Source: Gammaproteobacteria bacterium
Lineage (GTDB): Bacteria > Pseudomonadota > Gammaproteobacteria > DSM-16500
Assembly: GCA_013287085.1 (NCBI GenBank)
Contig: JABDEM010000003.1
Coordinates: 4,518-68,517 of the forward strand
DNA length: 64,000 nucleotides
Direction: 5' to 3'
Each line of letters starts with the position of its first letter. Positions within the stretch are counted from its first letter, which is position 1. Shown piece by piece: positions 21,583 through 31,959 of the stretch. A model generated the notes under the pieces. The model had not been told where the DNA came from. It searched no databases and worked only from the letters and a program-made list of their open reading frames with translations. The translations under genes were made by a program, and so were the position numbers.

Positions 21583-22509
21583 ATGTTTCGAGCAATCATA
21601 ACAAATGAAATTGAAGAGGTCCGTCGTCTATTAGACAAAGGAGCCGATGCGAGTTCTTGTATTGATGAAGAAGACGGTCAATCCGTAGGCACATTGATTT
21701 GCTGTATCCATGCTTGGGACCCAAGGCCTGAGATAGCTGAATTGTTATTACAAAAAGGTGCTCGTTTGGCTTCGGAGGAGAGTAAAGCAAAATTTGTAAA
21801 ACGCCTTAAGTGGCAGATTGACTATGGCTTGGATCATGAAACTTTCTCTTTCCAATATTATATGCCGCTTTTAAGAGTTTTTGCCAAATATGGTTTGTTA
21901 CCTCCGCCGTTGATTGACGAAATCATTTTATTGGCTCCAGAGGAAGATAGGGAAGGAATTAAAAAAGAATTAATAGAATTATCATTATTATTAGCGAAGA
22001 AAGAAAGTCGCGGTGAAGTTATTAAAAATGCCTATATGCTTTGCCAAGCAAAAAGAAAAGACGCACCTCATATAGGAGCTCTTCCAAATGATGTTCTTAT
22101 TAAAATTGCAGCCCTTACTGGCAATCCCTCTGTGCATGATGAAAAAAAAGCGCTTTCTATTAGTAAATCTTATTTTCGTAAGCCAATACCTCCGCATCGA
22201 TTACCTGAGTTAAAACGCATGATCAAAGGTCATATTAACGATTACCTTGGATGGACTGGGTTTCACTTTTTTAAAAACAACGTTGCCATTGCTAAAGAAA
22301 CTCTAAAAGCTATTGCGGATGCGAAAGATGCAGAGACGATGAAATTAGCTTTGACGCAAAGTAAAAATAAGCTAAGCGTCAAGTCTAATCAGTCGGGATA
22401 TCTTCAGGCAGTCGATAGAGCCTTATATGAGCTTGAGTATTTTGCAGCTCATCCTAAAATTCTCGATGCACTTCAAAGAAATAGATCCCAATTTTTGCAA
22501 TTTAATTAA
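21583..22509 (+). CDS. Hypothetical protein with N-terminal ankyrin-like repeats (effector-like)
   Basis: AIITNEIEEVRRLLDKGADASS...EIAELLLQKGARL resembles 1-2 ANK repeats. The remainder has no recognisable family. Start is either ATG 21583 or GTG 21574. Confidence 0.6.
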   Translation: MFRAIITNEIEEVRRLLDKGADASSCIDEEDGQSVGTLICCIHAWDPRPEIAELLLQKGARLASEESKAKFVKRLKWQIDYGLDHETFSFQYYMPLLRVFAKYGLLPPPLIDEIILLAPEEDREGIKKELIELSLLLAKKESRGEVIKNAYMLCQAKRKDAPHIGALPNDVLIKIAALTGNPSVHDEKKALSISKSYFRKPIPPHRLPELKRMIKGHINDYLGWTGFHFFKNNVAIAKETLKAIADAKDAETMKLALTQSKNKLSVKSNQSGYLQAVDRALYELEYFAAHPKILDALQRNRSQFLQFN

Positions 22510-22527
22510 AATAAGAGAAATAATCCT

Positions 22528-23094
22528 ATGGCGCAAAACCGAAGTTTATTGCTTTCCCAGAAGCCTTTTGATTGTTTTTCAGAAGACAATCTTGATCTTC
22601 GAATTAAGGGATTAAGGCATTTACATCGAGCTTCAGTTGATGGAGAAACAAAAGCAGATTCTCTTCTTCATGATGAGATCTATTTTGTTCTAGAAGATGA
22701 AAAGAAAGACCAATACGAAGAAGGCTCAGAACTTAGTCAGCTGGATTATGAAGCTGCCATTATGAAACTCTATTTACAAAAATTAGAAAGCGCTATAGAA
22801 AACCCTAAAGAGGGGTTTAAGAGAGCCTATACTTTTATCCATAAGCCCGAATTAAAACTGGCCCGAGAAACGGTGAAACGCGATCTTCAAAATGCAGGGA
22901 CCCAGGATGATAAAAAAAGAGTCATCGCAACCGCATTGCAAAATCCTCACATTATAGGAGGAAAAACACAACGTTTTGCTAATATATTAAGAGAAATAGA
23001 AGCGTATCTTTGTGAGAGTGATAAATATCCCAAACTTTCTATAAAAAAATTGACTGCTATCAATGCGATGAGTATGATTCCGAGGCAGTGTTGA
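22528..23094 (+). CDS. Hypothetical protein
   Basis: 188-aa ORF starting 19 nt after the previous gene. Its C-terminal part looks alignable with the C-terminus of the 21583-22509 protein (ARETVKRDL.../AKETLKAIA...; REIEAYLCESDKYPK/RALYELEYFAAHPK). Confidence 0.55.
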   Translation: MAQNRSLLLSQKPFDCFSEDNLDLRIKGLRHLHRASVDGETKADSLLHDEIYFVLEDEKKDQYEEGSELSQLDYEAAIMKLYLQKLESAIENPKEGFKRAYTFIHKPELKLARETVKRDLQNAGTQDDKKRVIATALQNPHIIGGKTQRFANILREIEAYLCESDKYPKLSIKKLTAINAMSMIPRQC

Positions 23095-23101
23095 AATGAG
23101 A

Positions 23102-23178
23102 CGGGGTATAGCGCAGTCTGGTAGCGCGCCTGCTTTGGGAGCAGGATGTCGGGGGTTCAAATCCCTCTACCCCGACCA
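23102..23178 (+). tRNA. tRNA-Pro (anticodon UGG)
   Basis: CGGGGTA/TACCCCG acceptor, anticodon arm CCTGC-TTTGGGA-GCAGG, T-arm GGGGG-TTCAAAT-CCCTC. CCA is encoded. Confidence 0.92.
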
Positions 23179-23198
23179 TAATGGTGGTCCTCTCGTCT

Positions 23199-23275
23199 GC
23201 GCCTGTAGCTCATTTGGATAGAGCACCGGCCTTCTAAGCCGGGGGTAGCTGGTTCGAGTCCTGCCAGGCGCGCCA
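23199..23275 (+). tRNA. tRNA-Arg (anticodon UCU)
   Basis: GCGCCTG/CAGGCGC acceptor, anticodon arm CCGGC-CTTCTAA-GCCGG, T-loop TTCGAGT. CCA is encoded. One T:T mismatch in the T-stem. Confidence 0.88.
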
Positions 23276-23295
23276 GTTTAAAAATTTTAAGTGTA

Positions 23296-23372
23296 TGGTG
23301 GACGTAGCTCAGCTGGTAGAGCCCCGGATTGTGATTCCGGCCGTCGTGGGTTCGAACCCCATCGTTCACCCC
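23296..23372 (+). tRNA. tRNA-His (anticodon GUG)
   Basis: Extra G at position -1 paired with the C discriminator (a His identity feature). Anticodon arm CCGGA-TTGTGAT-TCCGG. CCA is encoded. Confidence 0.92.
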
Positions 23373-23380
23373 AAGTTATA

Positions 23381-23453
<73 letters not shown>

Positions 23454-23565
23454 ATCATTCATGTAATCTCTGAACGTCTTTTTACCCATCGGTAATTTCT
23501 CTAAACTCACTTCATGATTAAACAGTTTTTATTTAGCGTAATTTATTGTAGTATTTCCGACACTT

Positions 23566-23647
<82 letters not shown>

Positions 23648-23780
23648 CGTTTTAAGGATAAACAGGTTTAATTATGATCAAATTTTAGATATAATAGCCG
23701 AAAATGATTTTTTCCCTATCTGGAATAAACGCCATTTTTTTCAATAACTTATAAACTAGAGAAGAGGTTGTAACTTCACT

Positions 23781-25079
23781 ATGCAAGTATCCGTAGAGTC
23801 CATTAGTAATATAGAACGCCGTTTAACGATTTCTGTGCCCATTGAACAAGTTGATCAAGCTTTTGATAAGCGCATTGTTAACATTGCCAAAACCGCAAAA
23901 GTGAATGGTTTTAGACCAGGCAAGGTTCCTTTGGACCGAGTTAAACAAATGTATGGTGATAGAGCGAGACAAGAGGCTTTAAGCGAAGTGATTCAATCTT
24001 CTTTATATACTGCGCTCCAACAAGAGAATATTAACCCCGTGAGTACCCCTATGGTTGAGCCTAAGGCGTTTATGCCAGGACAACCCTTAGAGTACATCGC
24101 GCGCGTAGAAGTCCTGCCTACGATTGAAACTGTGAATTTTAAAGTGGATAAATTTGAAAAAGAAGTGACAGAGCCAAACGATCAAGATGTTCAAACGGTA
24201 CTAGATAAACTGCTAGAACAACATATTCAATGGAAAATAGTGAATAGAGCGGCACAAATGAAAGATCAGGTGCTGATGAATTTTGTAGGTAAAATTGACG
24301 GTGTGCCTTTTGCAGGCGGTACTGCTGAGAATTATCCTATTGTTTTAGGTAGCAATATGATGATTGCTGGCTTTGAAGATGGTTTAGTAGGCGTTAAAGC
24401 AGGCGAAGAGCGTGTGATTAATATTTCTTTCCCTGAAGAATATTTCGCCAAAGAAGTGGCTGGAAAAGCGGCTGAATTTACCGTTCAAGTAAAACATGTC
24501 TCAGCGCCCGAATTACCTCCAATGGATGAAGCTTTTATCAAAAGATTAGGGATTAAATCCGGTCTTATGAGTGAATTACAAAGTGAAGTCAAAAAAAATC
24601 TAGGGATGGAAGTTAAACGCTTAATCAAAGCTAAATTTAAATCTAAAGTCTTTAATCAATTGTTAGAACAAAATGCGATTGAAATTCCTAAAGGCATGAT
24701 TGAGCGTGAAGCGAGCCGTTTACATGATCAAATGCACCCCCATCACAAGGGTGAGGATCATGGGCATTCTGAGCAGGAAATGGCCATGTTTAATGATGGT
24801 GCTAAACAAAATGTTACTTTAGGTTTGTTAGTCGGTGAAATTATTAAAAAACACTCATTAACAGTTGATATTGCTCGCGTAGATACCCATATTAGAGAGA
24901 TGGCAGCAGCGTATGAGAAGCCTGAGGAAATTGTGAACATTCTTCTCAAAGATAAAAAACGCCGGGCGGAAATTGAAATGCAGGTATTGGAAGAGCAAGT
25001 ATTAGAGAAGTTATTGGAAGGTGTGCAGGTTACGGAAAAATCGGTACCGTATGCTGATTTTGTTATGAACCAAGGGTAA
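23781..25079 (+). CDS. tig: Trigger factor
   Basis: MQVSVESISNIERRLTISVP N-terminus, FKBP-type PPIase middle domain. Canonical tig-clpP-clpX-lon order. Confidence 0.96.
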   Translation: MQVSVESISNIERRLTISVPIEQVDQAFDKRIVNIAKTAKVNGFRPGKVPLDRVKQMYGDRARQEALSEVIQSSLYTALQQENINPVSTPMVEPKAFMPGQPLEYIARVEVLPTIETVNFKVDKFEKEVTEPNDQDVQTVLDKLLEQHIQWKIVNRAAQMKDQVLMNFVGKIDGVPFAGGTAENYPIVLGSNMMIAGFEDGLVGVKAGEERVINISFPEEYFAKEVAGKAAEFTVQVKHVSAPELPPMDEAFIKRLGIKSGLMSELQSEVKKNLGMEVKRLIKAKFKSKVFNQLLEQNAIEIPKGMIEREASRLHDQMHPHHKGEDHGHSEQEMAMFNDGAKQNVTLGLLVGEIIKKHSLTVDIARVDTHIREMAAAYEKPEEIVNILLKDKKRRAEIEMQVLEEQVLEKLLEGVQVTEKSVPYADFVMNQG

Positions 25080-25106
25080 TTATTTAAAGTAAGGGATGAA
25101 AAAACT

Positions 25107-25727
25107 ATGTCAAATAACCTATCAGGTAGTTTAAGCGCAAACTTAGTGCCTATGGTAGTTGAACAATCAGCGCGTGGTGAACGCGCTTATGATATTTATT
25201 CTCGGTTATTAAAAGACCGAGTGATTTTTATTGTAGGTCCTATTGATGATTTTGCAGCAAATTTAGTAGTTGCCCAGTTATTATTTTTAGAGTCAGAAAA
25301 CCCTGATAAAGATATTTCTATTTATATTAATTCTCCAGGGGGTGTCGTGACAGCAGGACTTGCGATTTATGACACTATGCAATTTATTAAACCTGATGTC
25401 AGCACTATGTGTATAGGCCAGGCCGCTAGTATGGGTGCATTTTTATTAGCAGCGGGTACTGATGGCAAACGTTTTTGTCTTCCTAATGCGCGCGTGATGA
25501 TTCACCAACCCTTAGGTGGCGTACAAGGTCAAGCTTCTGATATTGCGATTCATGCTGAAGAAACTTTAAAAATTAAAGCGCGTTTAAATAAAATTTTAGC
25601 GCATCACACCGGACAAACCGAAGAAACCATTTCAAAAGATACGGACCGAGATAATTTCATGTCAGCTGAAAAAGCACTGAATTATCACATTATTGATAAA
25701 ATTTTAGAGCATCGCACTAAAAAATGA
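25107..25727 (+). CDS. clpP: ATP-dependent Clp protease proteolytic subunit
   Basis: [17 protein letters not shown], catalytic Ser in [11 protein letters not shown], His in MIHQPLGG. Confidence 0.97.
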   Translation: MSNNLSGSLSANLVPMVVEQSARGERAYDIYSRLLKDRVIFIVGPIDDFAANLVVAQLLFLESENPDKDISIYINSPGGVVTAGLAIYDTMQFIKPDVSTMCIGQAASMGAFLLAAGTDGKRFCLPNARVMIHQPLGGVQGQASDIAIHAEETLKIKARLNKILAHHTGQTEETISKDTDRDNFMSAEKALNYHIIDKILEHRTKK

Positions 25728-25742
25728 AGCGAGGTGTAATTT

Positions 25743-27032
25743 ATGGCAGATGATCAACGTAACAAGAGTGGAGAAAAAGTACTGCATTGTTCTTTTTGCG
25801 GTAAGAGCCAGCATGATGTGCGTAAACTCATTGCAGGCCCCTCAGTTTATGTTTGTGATGAATGCGTCTCTCTTTGTAATGAGATCATTCAAGAAGAAGT
25901 GAGTGAAGATGAAAAAACACTGTCTCATCCTGCTTTCAAACTTCCAACACCGCAAGAAATCCGAAAAACCTTGGATGAATATGTGGTGGGACAATCGTTT
26001 GCGAAAAAAATTCTTTCAGTGGCGGTTTATAATCATTATAAAAGACTACAGATACAAGTGGGTCAAAAAGATGATGGGATAGAAATTAGTAAAAGTAATA
26101 TCTTAATGATAGGCCCAACGGGTAGCGGAAAAACTTTATTAGCTGAAACTTTAGCACGCTTATTAAACGTCCCGTTTGTGATTGCAGATGCAACGACATT
26201 AACCGAAGCAGGTTATGTGGGCGAAGACGTTGAAAATATTATTCAAAAGCTTTTACAAAAATGTTCTTATGATGTTAAAAAAGCTCAAACCGGTATTGTT
26301 TATATCGATGAAATCGACAAGATTTCACGAAAATCTGAAAACCCTTCTATTACCCGCGATGTGTCCGGTGAAGGCGTACAACAGGCTTTATTAAAATTAA
26401 TTGAAGGAACTATTGCCTCCGTTCCTCCTCAAGGTGGACGTAAACATCCTCAGCAAGAATTTATACAAGTCGATACTAAAAATATCTTATTTATCTGCGG
26501 CGGTGCATTTGCTGGACTTGAAAAAGTCATCCGTGAACGCACAGAAAAATCGGGTATAGGTTTCTCGGCAGAAATTTATAGTAAAGACGACGCTAAAACA
26601 ATTGACTATTTATTGCGCGATGTGGATCCGGCGGATCTGATGAAATATGGCTTAATTCCTGAATTAATTGGCCGATTGCCCGTCGTTGCGACTCTTGAAG
26701 AATTAGATAAAGATGCGCTGCTTAAAGTCTTACAAGAGCCTAAAAACTCTTTAATTAAGCAATATCGCAAGCTTTTTGGCATGGAAGGAGTAGAGCTTGA
26801 GTTCCGTGAAAAAGCTTTACAAATGATTGCTGAAAAAACGGTCTCTAAAAAGACCGGTGCTCGAGGCTTAAGGTCTATTGTTGAAAAGGCATTATTAGAT
26901 ATAATGTATAAGTTACCCTCATTGCAAAATGTTGCTAAGGTGATTATCGATGAAAAAAACATAACGGGTGAAACTGCTGAACCTATGATTATTTATGGAA
27001 ATCAACCAGCGGCTGTTGGAACAGAACAATAG
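25743..27032 (+). CDS. clpX: ATP-dependent Clp protease ATP-binding subunit ClpX
   Basis: Zinc finger CSFCGK...CDEC, Walker A GPTGSGKT, Walker B YIDEIDK. Confidence 0.97.
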   Translation: MADDQRNKSGEKVLHCSFCGKSQHDVRKLIAGPSVYVCDECVSLCNEIIQEEVSEDEKTLSHPAFKLPTPQEIRKTLDEYVVGQSFAKKILSVAVYNHYKRLQIQVGQKDDGIEISKSNILMIGPTGSGKTLLAETLARLLNVPFVIADATTLTEAGYVGEDVENIIQKLLQKCSYDVKKAQTGIVYIDEIDKISRKSENPSITRDVSGEGVQQALLKLIEGTIASVPPQGGRKHPQQEFIQVDTKNILFICGGAFAGLEKVIRERTEKSGIGFSAEIYSKDDAKTIDYLLRDVDPADLMKYGLIPELIGRLPVVATLEELDKDALLKVLQEPKNSLIKQYRKLFGMEGVELEFREKALQMIAEKTVSKKTGARGLRSIVEKALLDIMYKLPSLQNVAKVIIDEKNITGETAEPMIIYGNQPAAVGTEQ

Positions 27033-27059
27033 ATTAAGTCAGTATGAGGAGACCCAGTT

Positions 27060-29525
27060 ATGACCACAGCTACCACCGGTAGTGTGCAAGATAAGAATGT
27101 AGTGAGTGTACCTGTATTACCTTTACGTGATGTAGTCGTATTCCCCTTTATGGTTGTCCCATTATTTGTGGGGCGTGAGCGCTCTATTAAAGCGCTTGAA
27201 GTGGCGATGGCTGCTGATAAGCAAATTTTAGTCGTGACACAAAGAAACCCAACAGAAGATCATCCTGCCGAAGAGGGGGTCTATCAAATTGGTACCATGG
27301 CCAATGTGTTGCAATTATTAAAACTCCCCGATGGTACGGTGAAAGTATTAATCGAAGGCACTAAACGTGCTCGCATTGTGCGCTTTGTCAGCAATCAAAC
27401 TTATTTTTTAGCTGATGCAGAATTTCTTGACGATACCAATATTAAAGCGCGTGAAGTGGAAATTTTAACGCGTTCGCTGAAATCTCAATTTGAACAATAC
27501 GTCAAACTGAATCGAAAAATTCCTACTGAAATTTTAGCTTCAGTACTTGCGATTGAAGATGGTTCGCGTCTTGCGGATACTATTTCTGCTCATTTATCTA
27601 TTAAATTAGATGAAAAGCAAAAGTTGTTAGAAGTAATGGATTTACGCAAGAGATTAGAAAAATTAGTCACTGTCATGGAAGCTGAAATTGATTTATTACA
27701 AGTCGAGAAAAAAATTCGTGGCCGCGTCAAACGCCAAATGGAAAAGACGCAACGCGAATATTATTTAAACGAACAAATGAAAGCGATTCAAAAAGAATTA
27801 GGTGAGTTGGAAGAAGTGCCCAATGAGCTTGAATCCCTCGCTAAACGCATTGAAAAAGCGGGCATGCCTAAAGAAGCAAAAGATAAATGCTTAGCTGAAT
27901 TAAATAAACTAAAAATGATGTCACCGATGGCAGCTGAAGCTACTGTTTCTCGCAATTATCTGGATTGGATGTTGTCCATGCCGTGGGTTGCGCGATCCAA
28001 AGTTCAGATTAATTTGGTCGAAGCAGAAAAAATTCTTGAGCGTGAGCATTACGGCTTAAAAGAAGTTAAAGAACGCATTTTAGAATATCTTGCTGTGCAA
28101 AAACGCGTAAAACAATTAAAAGGTCCTATTTTATGTTTAGTAGGCCCCCCAGGTGTTGGTAAAACTTCACTGGGGCAGTCGATTGCACATGCTACAGGTC
28201 GAAATTTTATCCGTATGTCTTTAGGTGGAATACGAGATGAAGCTGAAATTAGAGGCCATAGACGTACTTATATTGGCGCTATGCCAGGAAAGATCGCACA
28301 AAAGATCGCTAAAAGCGGCGTGCGTAATCCATTCTTTTTGTTAGATGAAGTCGATAAAATGTCGATGGATTTTCGCGGTGATCCTGCTTCTGCTTTATTA
28401 GAAGTCTTAGATCCGGAACAAAATCATGCTTTCAATGATCATTATCTGGAAGTGGATTATGATCTTTCGGATGTCATGTTTGTTGCAACTGCGAATACTT
28501 TAGATATTCCGGCTGCTTTACGTGATCGTTTAGAAATTATTCGTATTCCAGGTTATACGGAAGATGAAAAAGTTCATATCGCACTACGTCACTTGATTCC
28601 TAAACAAGTCGAAGCGAATGGTTTGAAAAAAGATGAAATTGAAATACCGCTTGAGGTGGTTCAAAATATTGTTCGCTATTACACGCGCGAAGCAGGTGTG
28701 CGAAACCTAGAGCGCGAAATTGCAAAAATTATGCGTAAATTTGTTAAAGATGTTTTCTTAAAATCTAAAGCAAAAACGAAAAAGAAAAAACGTATTGAAG
28801 TGGCTGACCTGGAGAAATATTTAGGCGTACGTCGCTTCCGTTTTGATATGGCGCATGAAGTCGATCAAATTGGACAAGTCAAAGGTCTGGCATGGACTGA
28901 AGTCGGCGGTGAATTACTGACTATAGAAGCTGTGACTGTGCCTGGAAAAGGTAAGACTATCTATACTGGCCAATTAGGCGAAGTCATGCAGGAATCTATC
29001 CAAGCGGCTTTAACAATCGTACGGTCAAGAGCCCCATTTTTGGGAATCCCAAAGAATTTCTTTGATAAGCATGATATTCATATCCATGTGCCTGAAGGGG
29101 CAACACCTAAAGATGGCCCTAGCGCAGGTATCAGCATGTGTACGGCTTTGGTGTCTGTGATGACACAAATTCCGGTTCGGGCTGATTTCGCGATGACGGG
29201 TGAAATTACTTTACGGGGTGAAGTTTTACCCGTAGGTGGCATTAAAGAAAAATTATTGGCGGCTCACCGAAGCAATATTAAGAATATTTTGATTCCTGAA
29301 GAAAATCTAAAAGATTTGAAGGAAATTCCAGATAATATTAAGAAAGACTTGAATATTAGGACAGTTCGATGGATTGATCAGGTTTTATCTTATGCTCTTA
29401 ATGGCTATCCTGAGCGATTACCAGCGAAGAGCAGGAAACTACGGGCAGCGATGTTGCCTGCAGCAGCTCGTCTCATTACGCCGAATAAAAAATTGCGCAA
29501 AGGAGACAGAGATAGGGCTCATTAA
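27060..29525 (+). CDS. lon: Lon protease
   Basis: Walker [10 protein letters not shown] and catalytic Ser motif PKDGPSAG. 821 aa with a short basic C-terminal tail. Confidence 0.97.
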   Translation: MTTATTGSVQDKNVVSVPVLPLRDVVVFPFMVVPLFVGRERSIKALEVAMAADKQILVVTQRNPTEDHPAEEGVYQIGTMANVLQLLKLPDGTVKVLIEGTKRARIVRFVSNQTYFLADAEFLDDTNIKAREVEILTRSLKSQFEQYVKLNRKIPTEILASVLAIEDGSRLADTISAHLSIKLDEKQKLLEVMDLRKRLEKLVTVMEAEIDLLQVEKKIRGRVKRQMEKTQREYYLNEQMKAIQKELGELEEVPNELESLAKRIEKAGMPKEAKDKCLAELNKLKMMSPMAAEATVSRNYLDWMLSMPWVARSKVQINLVEAEKILEREHYGLKEVKERILEYLAVQKRVKQLKGPILCLVGPPGVGKTSLGQSIAHATGRNFIRMSLGGIRDEAEIRGHRRTYIGAMPGKIAQKIAKSGVRNPFFLLDEVDKMSMDFRGDPASALLEVLDPEQNHAFNDHYLEVDYDLSDVMFVATANTLDIPAALRDRLEIIRIPGYTEDEKVHIALRHLIPKQVEANGLKKDEIEIPLEVVQNIVRYYTREAGVRNLEREIAKIMRKFVKDVFLKSKAKTKKKKRIEVADLEKYLGVRRFRFDMAHEVDQIGQVKGLAWTEVGGELLTIEAVTVPGKGKTIYTGQLGEVMQESIQAALTIVRSRAPFLGIPKNFFDKHDIHIHVPEGATPKDGPSAGISMCTALVSVMTQIPVRADFAMTGEITLRGEVLPVGGIKEKLLAAHRSNIKNILIPEENLKDLKEIPDNIKKDLNIRTVRWIDQVLSYALNGYPERLPAKSRKLRAAMLPAAARLITPNKKLRKGDRDRAH

Positions 29526-29567
29526 GCAGGCTAGTTATAAAAATATTTATATTTTTTATAACATTGC

Positions 29568-29596
29568 TTGACCCAGTTACCCTCTATTGGTATAAA
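29568..29596 (+). promoter_or_regulatory. Putative sigma70 promoter of hupB
   Basis: TTGACC (29568-29573), a 17-nt spacer, then TATAAA (29591-29596), preceded by an A/T-rich UP-like tract. It lies 44 nt upstream of the hupB ATG. Confidence 0.5.
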
Positions 29597-29639
29597 TCAC
29601 AGTTCGTTTTCTAATGGACAGAAAAACATTGAGGACACT

Positions 29640-29936
29640 ATGAATAGAGCAGAATTGATTGACTTGATTTCTGGGCAAGCGGAAGTCACTAAGGCTATAG
29701 CGGAAAAGGTTTTAAATAGTATTTTGGAATCTATCGCATTATCGCTGAAGAAAGATGAGCCCGTAGTATTAGTTAATTTTGGTACCTTTGTGGTTAAACT
29801 ACGAGCTGCTCGTAGGGGTCGTAACCCACAAACAGGGGAAGAAATTAAGATTAAAGCTTCAAAAGCTGTTAGTTTCAAAGCCGGGAAAGCATTGAAAGAT
29901 GCTATCAAGGAAAAGGGAGTTGTTGAGGAATCGTAG
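29640..29936 (+). CDS. hupB: DNA-binding protein HU
   Basis: MNRAELIDLISGQAEV...RAARRGRNPQTGEEI. The track ORF (29568) begins at an upstream TTG inside the promoter; the ATG at 29640 gives a normal HU N-terminus. Confidence 0.93.
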   Translation: MNRAELIDLISGQAEVTKAIAEKVLNSILESIALSLKKDEPVVLVNFGTFVVKLRAARRGRNPQTGEEIKIKASKAVSFKAGKALKDAIKEKGVVEES

Positions 29937-29953
29937 AGTGGATCTACTAGGTC

Positions 29954-30029
29954 GGGTGCTTAGCTCAGCTGGGAGAGCATCGCCCTTACAAGGCGAGGGT
30001 CGTGGGTTCAAACCCCTCAGCACCCACCA
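29954..30029 (+). tRNA. tRNA-Val (anticodon UAC)
   Basis: GGGTGCT/AGCACCC acceptor, anticodon arm TCGCC-CTTACAA-GGCGA. CCA is encoded. One T:T mismatch in the T-stem. Confidence 0.9.
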
Positions 30030-30047
30030 TTATATAAAACACATAAA

Positions 30048-30124
30048 GGAGTGGTAGTTCAGTTGGTTAGAATACCGGCCTGTCACGCCGGGGGTCGCGG
30101 GTTCGAGCCCCGTCCACTCCGCCA
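30048..30124 (+). tRNA. tRNA-Asp (anticodon GUC)
   Basis: GGAGTGG/CCACTCC acceptor, anticodon arm CCGGC-CTGTCAC-GCCGG, T-arm GCGGG-TTCGAGC-CCCGT. CCA is encoded. Confidence 0.92.
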
Positions 30125-30150
30125 ACTTTTGACTATAGAAAATATAGACT

Positions 30151-31929
30151 ATGCTTCAAGAAATTCGCGATAAGACCCATGGCTGGATTGCAGGAATTAT
30201 TATTTCATTCCTGATCATGTCTTTTGCATTGTGGGGGATTCATAGCTATTTTGGTGGCGGTGGCAATACTGATGTCATCGCTAAAGTGAATGGCGTTGAA
30301 ATTACCAAAGAACAATTTGCAGAAGCCTATAATCATCTAAATCGTCAGCAATATAATGCCAATCCTGAATTGGAAGCCAATTTAAAGAAACAAGCTTTAA
30401 CGTCGTTAATCAATGTTCAAGTGATGCGACAAGCTTCATTAGATCAACACTATCTGGTCTCTTCAGAGCAGATTGGAAGTTATTTAGAAAACATTCCTGA
30501 TTTCCAAATCAATGGACAGTTTTCTAATACACGTTTTCAGCAAGTGTTAGCTAACAATAGACTTTCAGTCCCCGGTTTTCTAGATTTAGTTCAAACGAGT
30601 TTATTGATTGATCAACCTAGATTAGGTCTTATTTTTACTTCGTTTTCGCTACCGAGTGAGGCGACCAATACTTATTCTTTAGTCGAGCAAAAACGTGATT
30701 TTGACTACACTGTATTAGCTTTTGATAGTTTTGCAAAACAACCTATTTCAATTTCTAAAGAAAGCATTCAATCTTATTATCAAACCCATCAAGAAGAGTT
30801 TAAAACTCCAGAACAAGTAAGTATTGAATATATAGCCTTATCCATTAACGATGTCATCGCGAAAATTTCAGCCAATGATGAAGTCTTAAAACGTTTTTAT
30901 AAAGAAAATTCTGCTTCCTATAATTCACCTATGCAATGGAAATTAGAAGCTGTTGCCATGCCTAAAGGCATGGGAGAAAAATTTCTAAATCATTGGATCA
31001 CTTTGACGCAAGTTCCTGAAGAGTGGCAAGAGGCTGTTTTAAAGTTAAAAAAACCCGGACAAGTTTCTGAGATGATTAAAACCCATCAAGGCAATGTCAT
31101 CCTAAAACTCGCTGCTTTCCAAGATGCTGCTCAGCAATCTTATGAGGCTGTTAAAACTAAAGTGAAAGAAACTTATGTGCGCCAACAAGCCGAAGAACAA
31201 TTTGCCAACTTAAAAGAAAAATTAGCTAACGCGACTTATGAACATCCTGAAAGTTTAGAGCCTGCTGCAAAAGCTTTAGGCTTTAGCATTAAAAAAACTG
31301 AATTATTCTCAAGAGAAAAAGGCGGCTCTGACAATATCAGCAGCAACCCAAAAATCAGAGAAGTCGCTTTCAGTAGCGAAGTACTTGATAAGCAAAATAA
31401 TAGCGATGTAGTGCCAGTATCTCAAGATACACTGGCAGTGATCCGTATTAGCAAACATTTACCCGCTGCTGTATTGCCCTTAAACGAAGTTCAAAACAAG
31501 ATAGAAGCAGTACTACGCAAACAAGAGATAGAAAAGAAAGCTTATGCTGCAGCAGAACTCATCAAAACCGAATTACAAAAAGGCGAGTCTATTACTAAAT
31601 TATCCGAACAAAATCATTTGATCTGGAATTCTATAGGCCTAACAGGCAGACATGCCAACAAAGTCGATTCTTCTATTTTAAATGAAGTGTTCCAAATGCC
31701 TAAACCTGAAACTGGAACTGGAACCTCTTCATTTGATATCGCAAAAACACCCCAAGGTTACGCTATTATTGGATTAAAGTCCGTGCAAGATGGAAAATTA
31801 ATGGATAATGCGCCAAACCAACAATACAAAGTCTATTCTGAGCAAATCCAGAATACGCAAGGCTTGTTGGAATATGAGCTATTCAAACAATCCCAGCTAC
31901 AACAAGCTAAGATTGTTATCGAAAGTTAA
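30151..31929 (+). CDS. ppiD: Periplasmic chaperone / peptidyl-prolyl isomerase PpiD
   Basis: MLQEIRDKTHGWIAGIIISFLIMSFALWGI N-terminal anchor typical of PpiD. Conserved position after hupB. 592 aa. Confidence 0.88.
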   Translation: MLQEIRDKTHGWIAGIIISFLIMSFALWGIHSYFGGGGNTDVIAKVNGVEITKEQFAEAYNHLNRQQYNANPELEANLKKQALTSLINVQVMRQASLDQHYLVSSEQIGSYLENIPDFQINGQFSNTRFQQVLANNRLSVPGFLDLVQTSLLIDQPRLGLIFTSFSLPSEATNTYSLVEQKRDFDYTVLAFDSFAKQPISISKESIQSYYQTHQEEFKTPEQVSIEYIALSINDVIAKISANDEVLKRFYKENSASYNSPMQWKLEAVAMPKGMGEKFLNHWITLTQVPEEWQEAVLKLKKPGQVSEMIKTHQGNVILKLAAFQDAAQQSYEAVKTKVKETYVRQQAEEQFANLKEKLANATYEHPESLEPAAKALGFSIKKTELFSREKGGSDNISSNPKIREVAFSSEVLDKQNNSDVVPVSQDTLAVIRISKHLPAAVLPLNEVQNKIEAVLRKQEIEKKAYAAAELIKTELQKGESITKLSEQNHLIWNSIGLTGRHANKVDSSILNEVFQMPKPETGTGTSSFDIAKTPQGYAIIGLKSVQDGKLMDNAPNQQYKVYSEQIQNTQGLLEYELFKQSQLQQAKIVIES

Positions 31930-31959
31930 TTTTTTATCCTAGAAAATTCTCACTTTTTC

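Noticed and set aside
22060..22110. F-box-like string LPNDVLIKIAALTG in the ankyrin-like protein
   Set aside because: It matches only the first third of the F-box consensus, which is too weak to call a domain without a profile search. It is mentioned in the finding only as a hint.
21596..22615. Small ORFs 21596-21790, 21991-22197 and 22427-22615
   Set aside because: They are antisense or alternative-frame ORFs within the AT-rich orphan genes. They have no RBS, and the main frames are longer and contiguous.
29374..29571. 65-aa ORF overlapping the lon 3' end
   Set aside because: It is an alternative frame of lon running into the hupB promoter, with no independent support.
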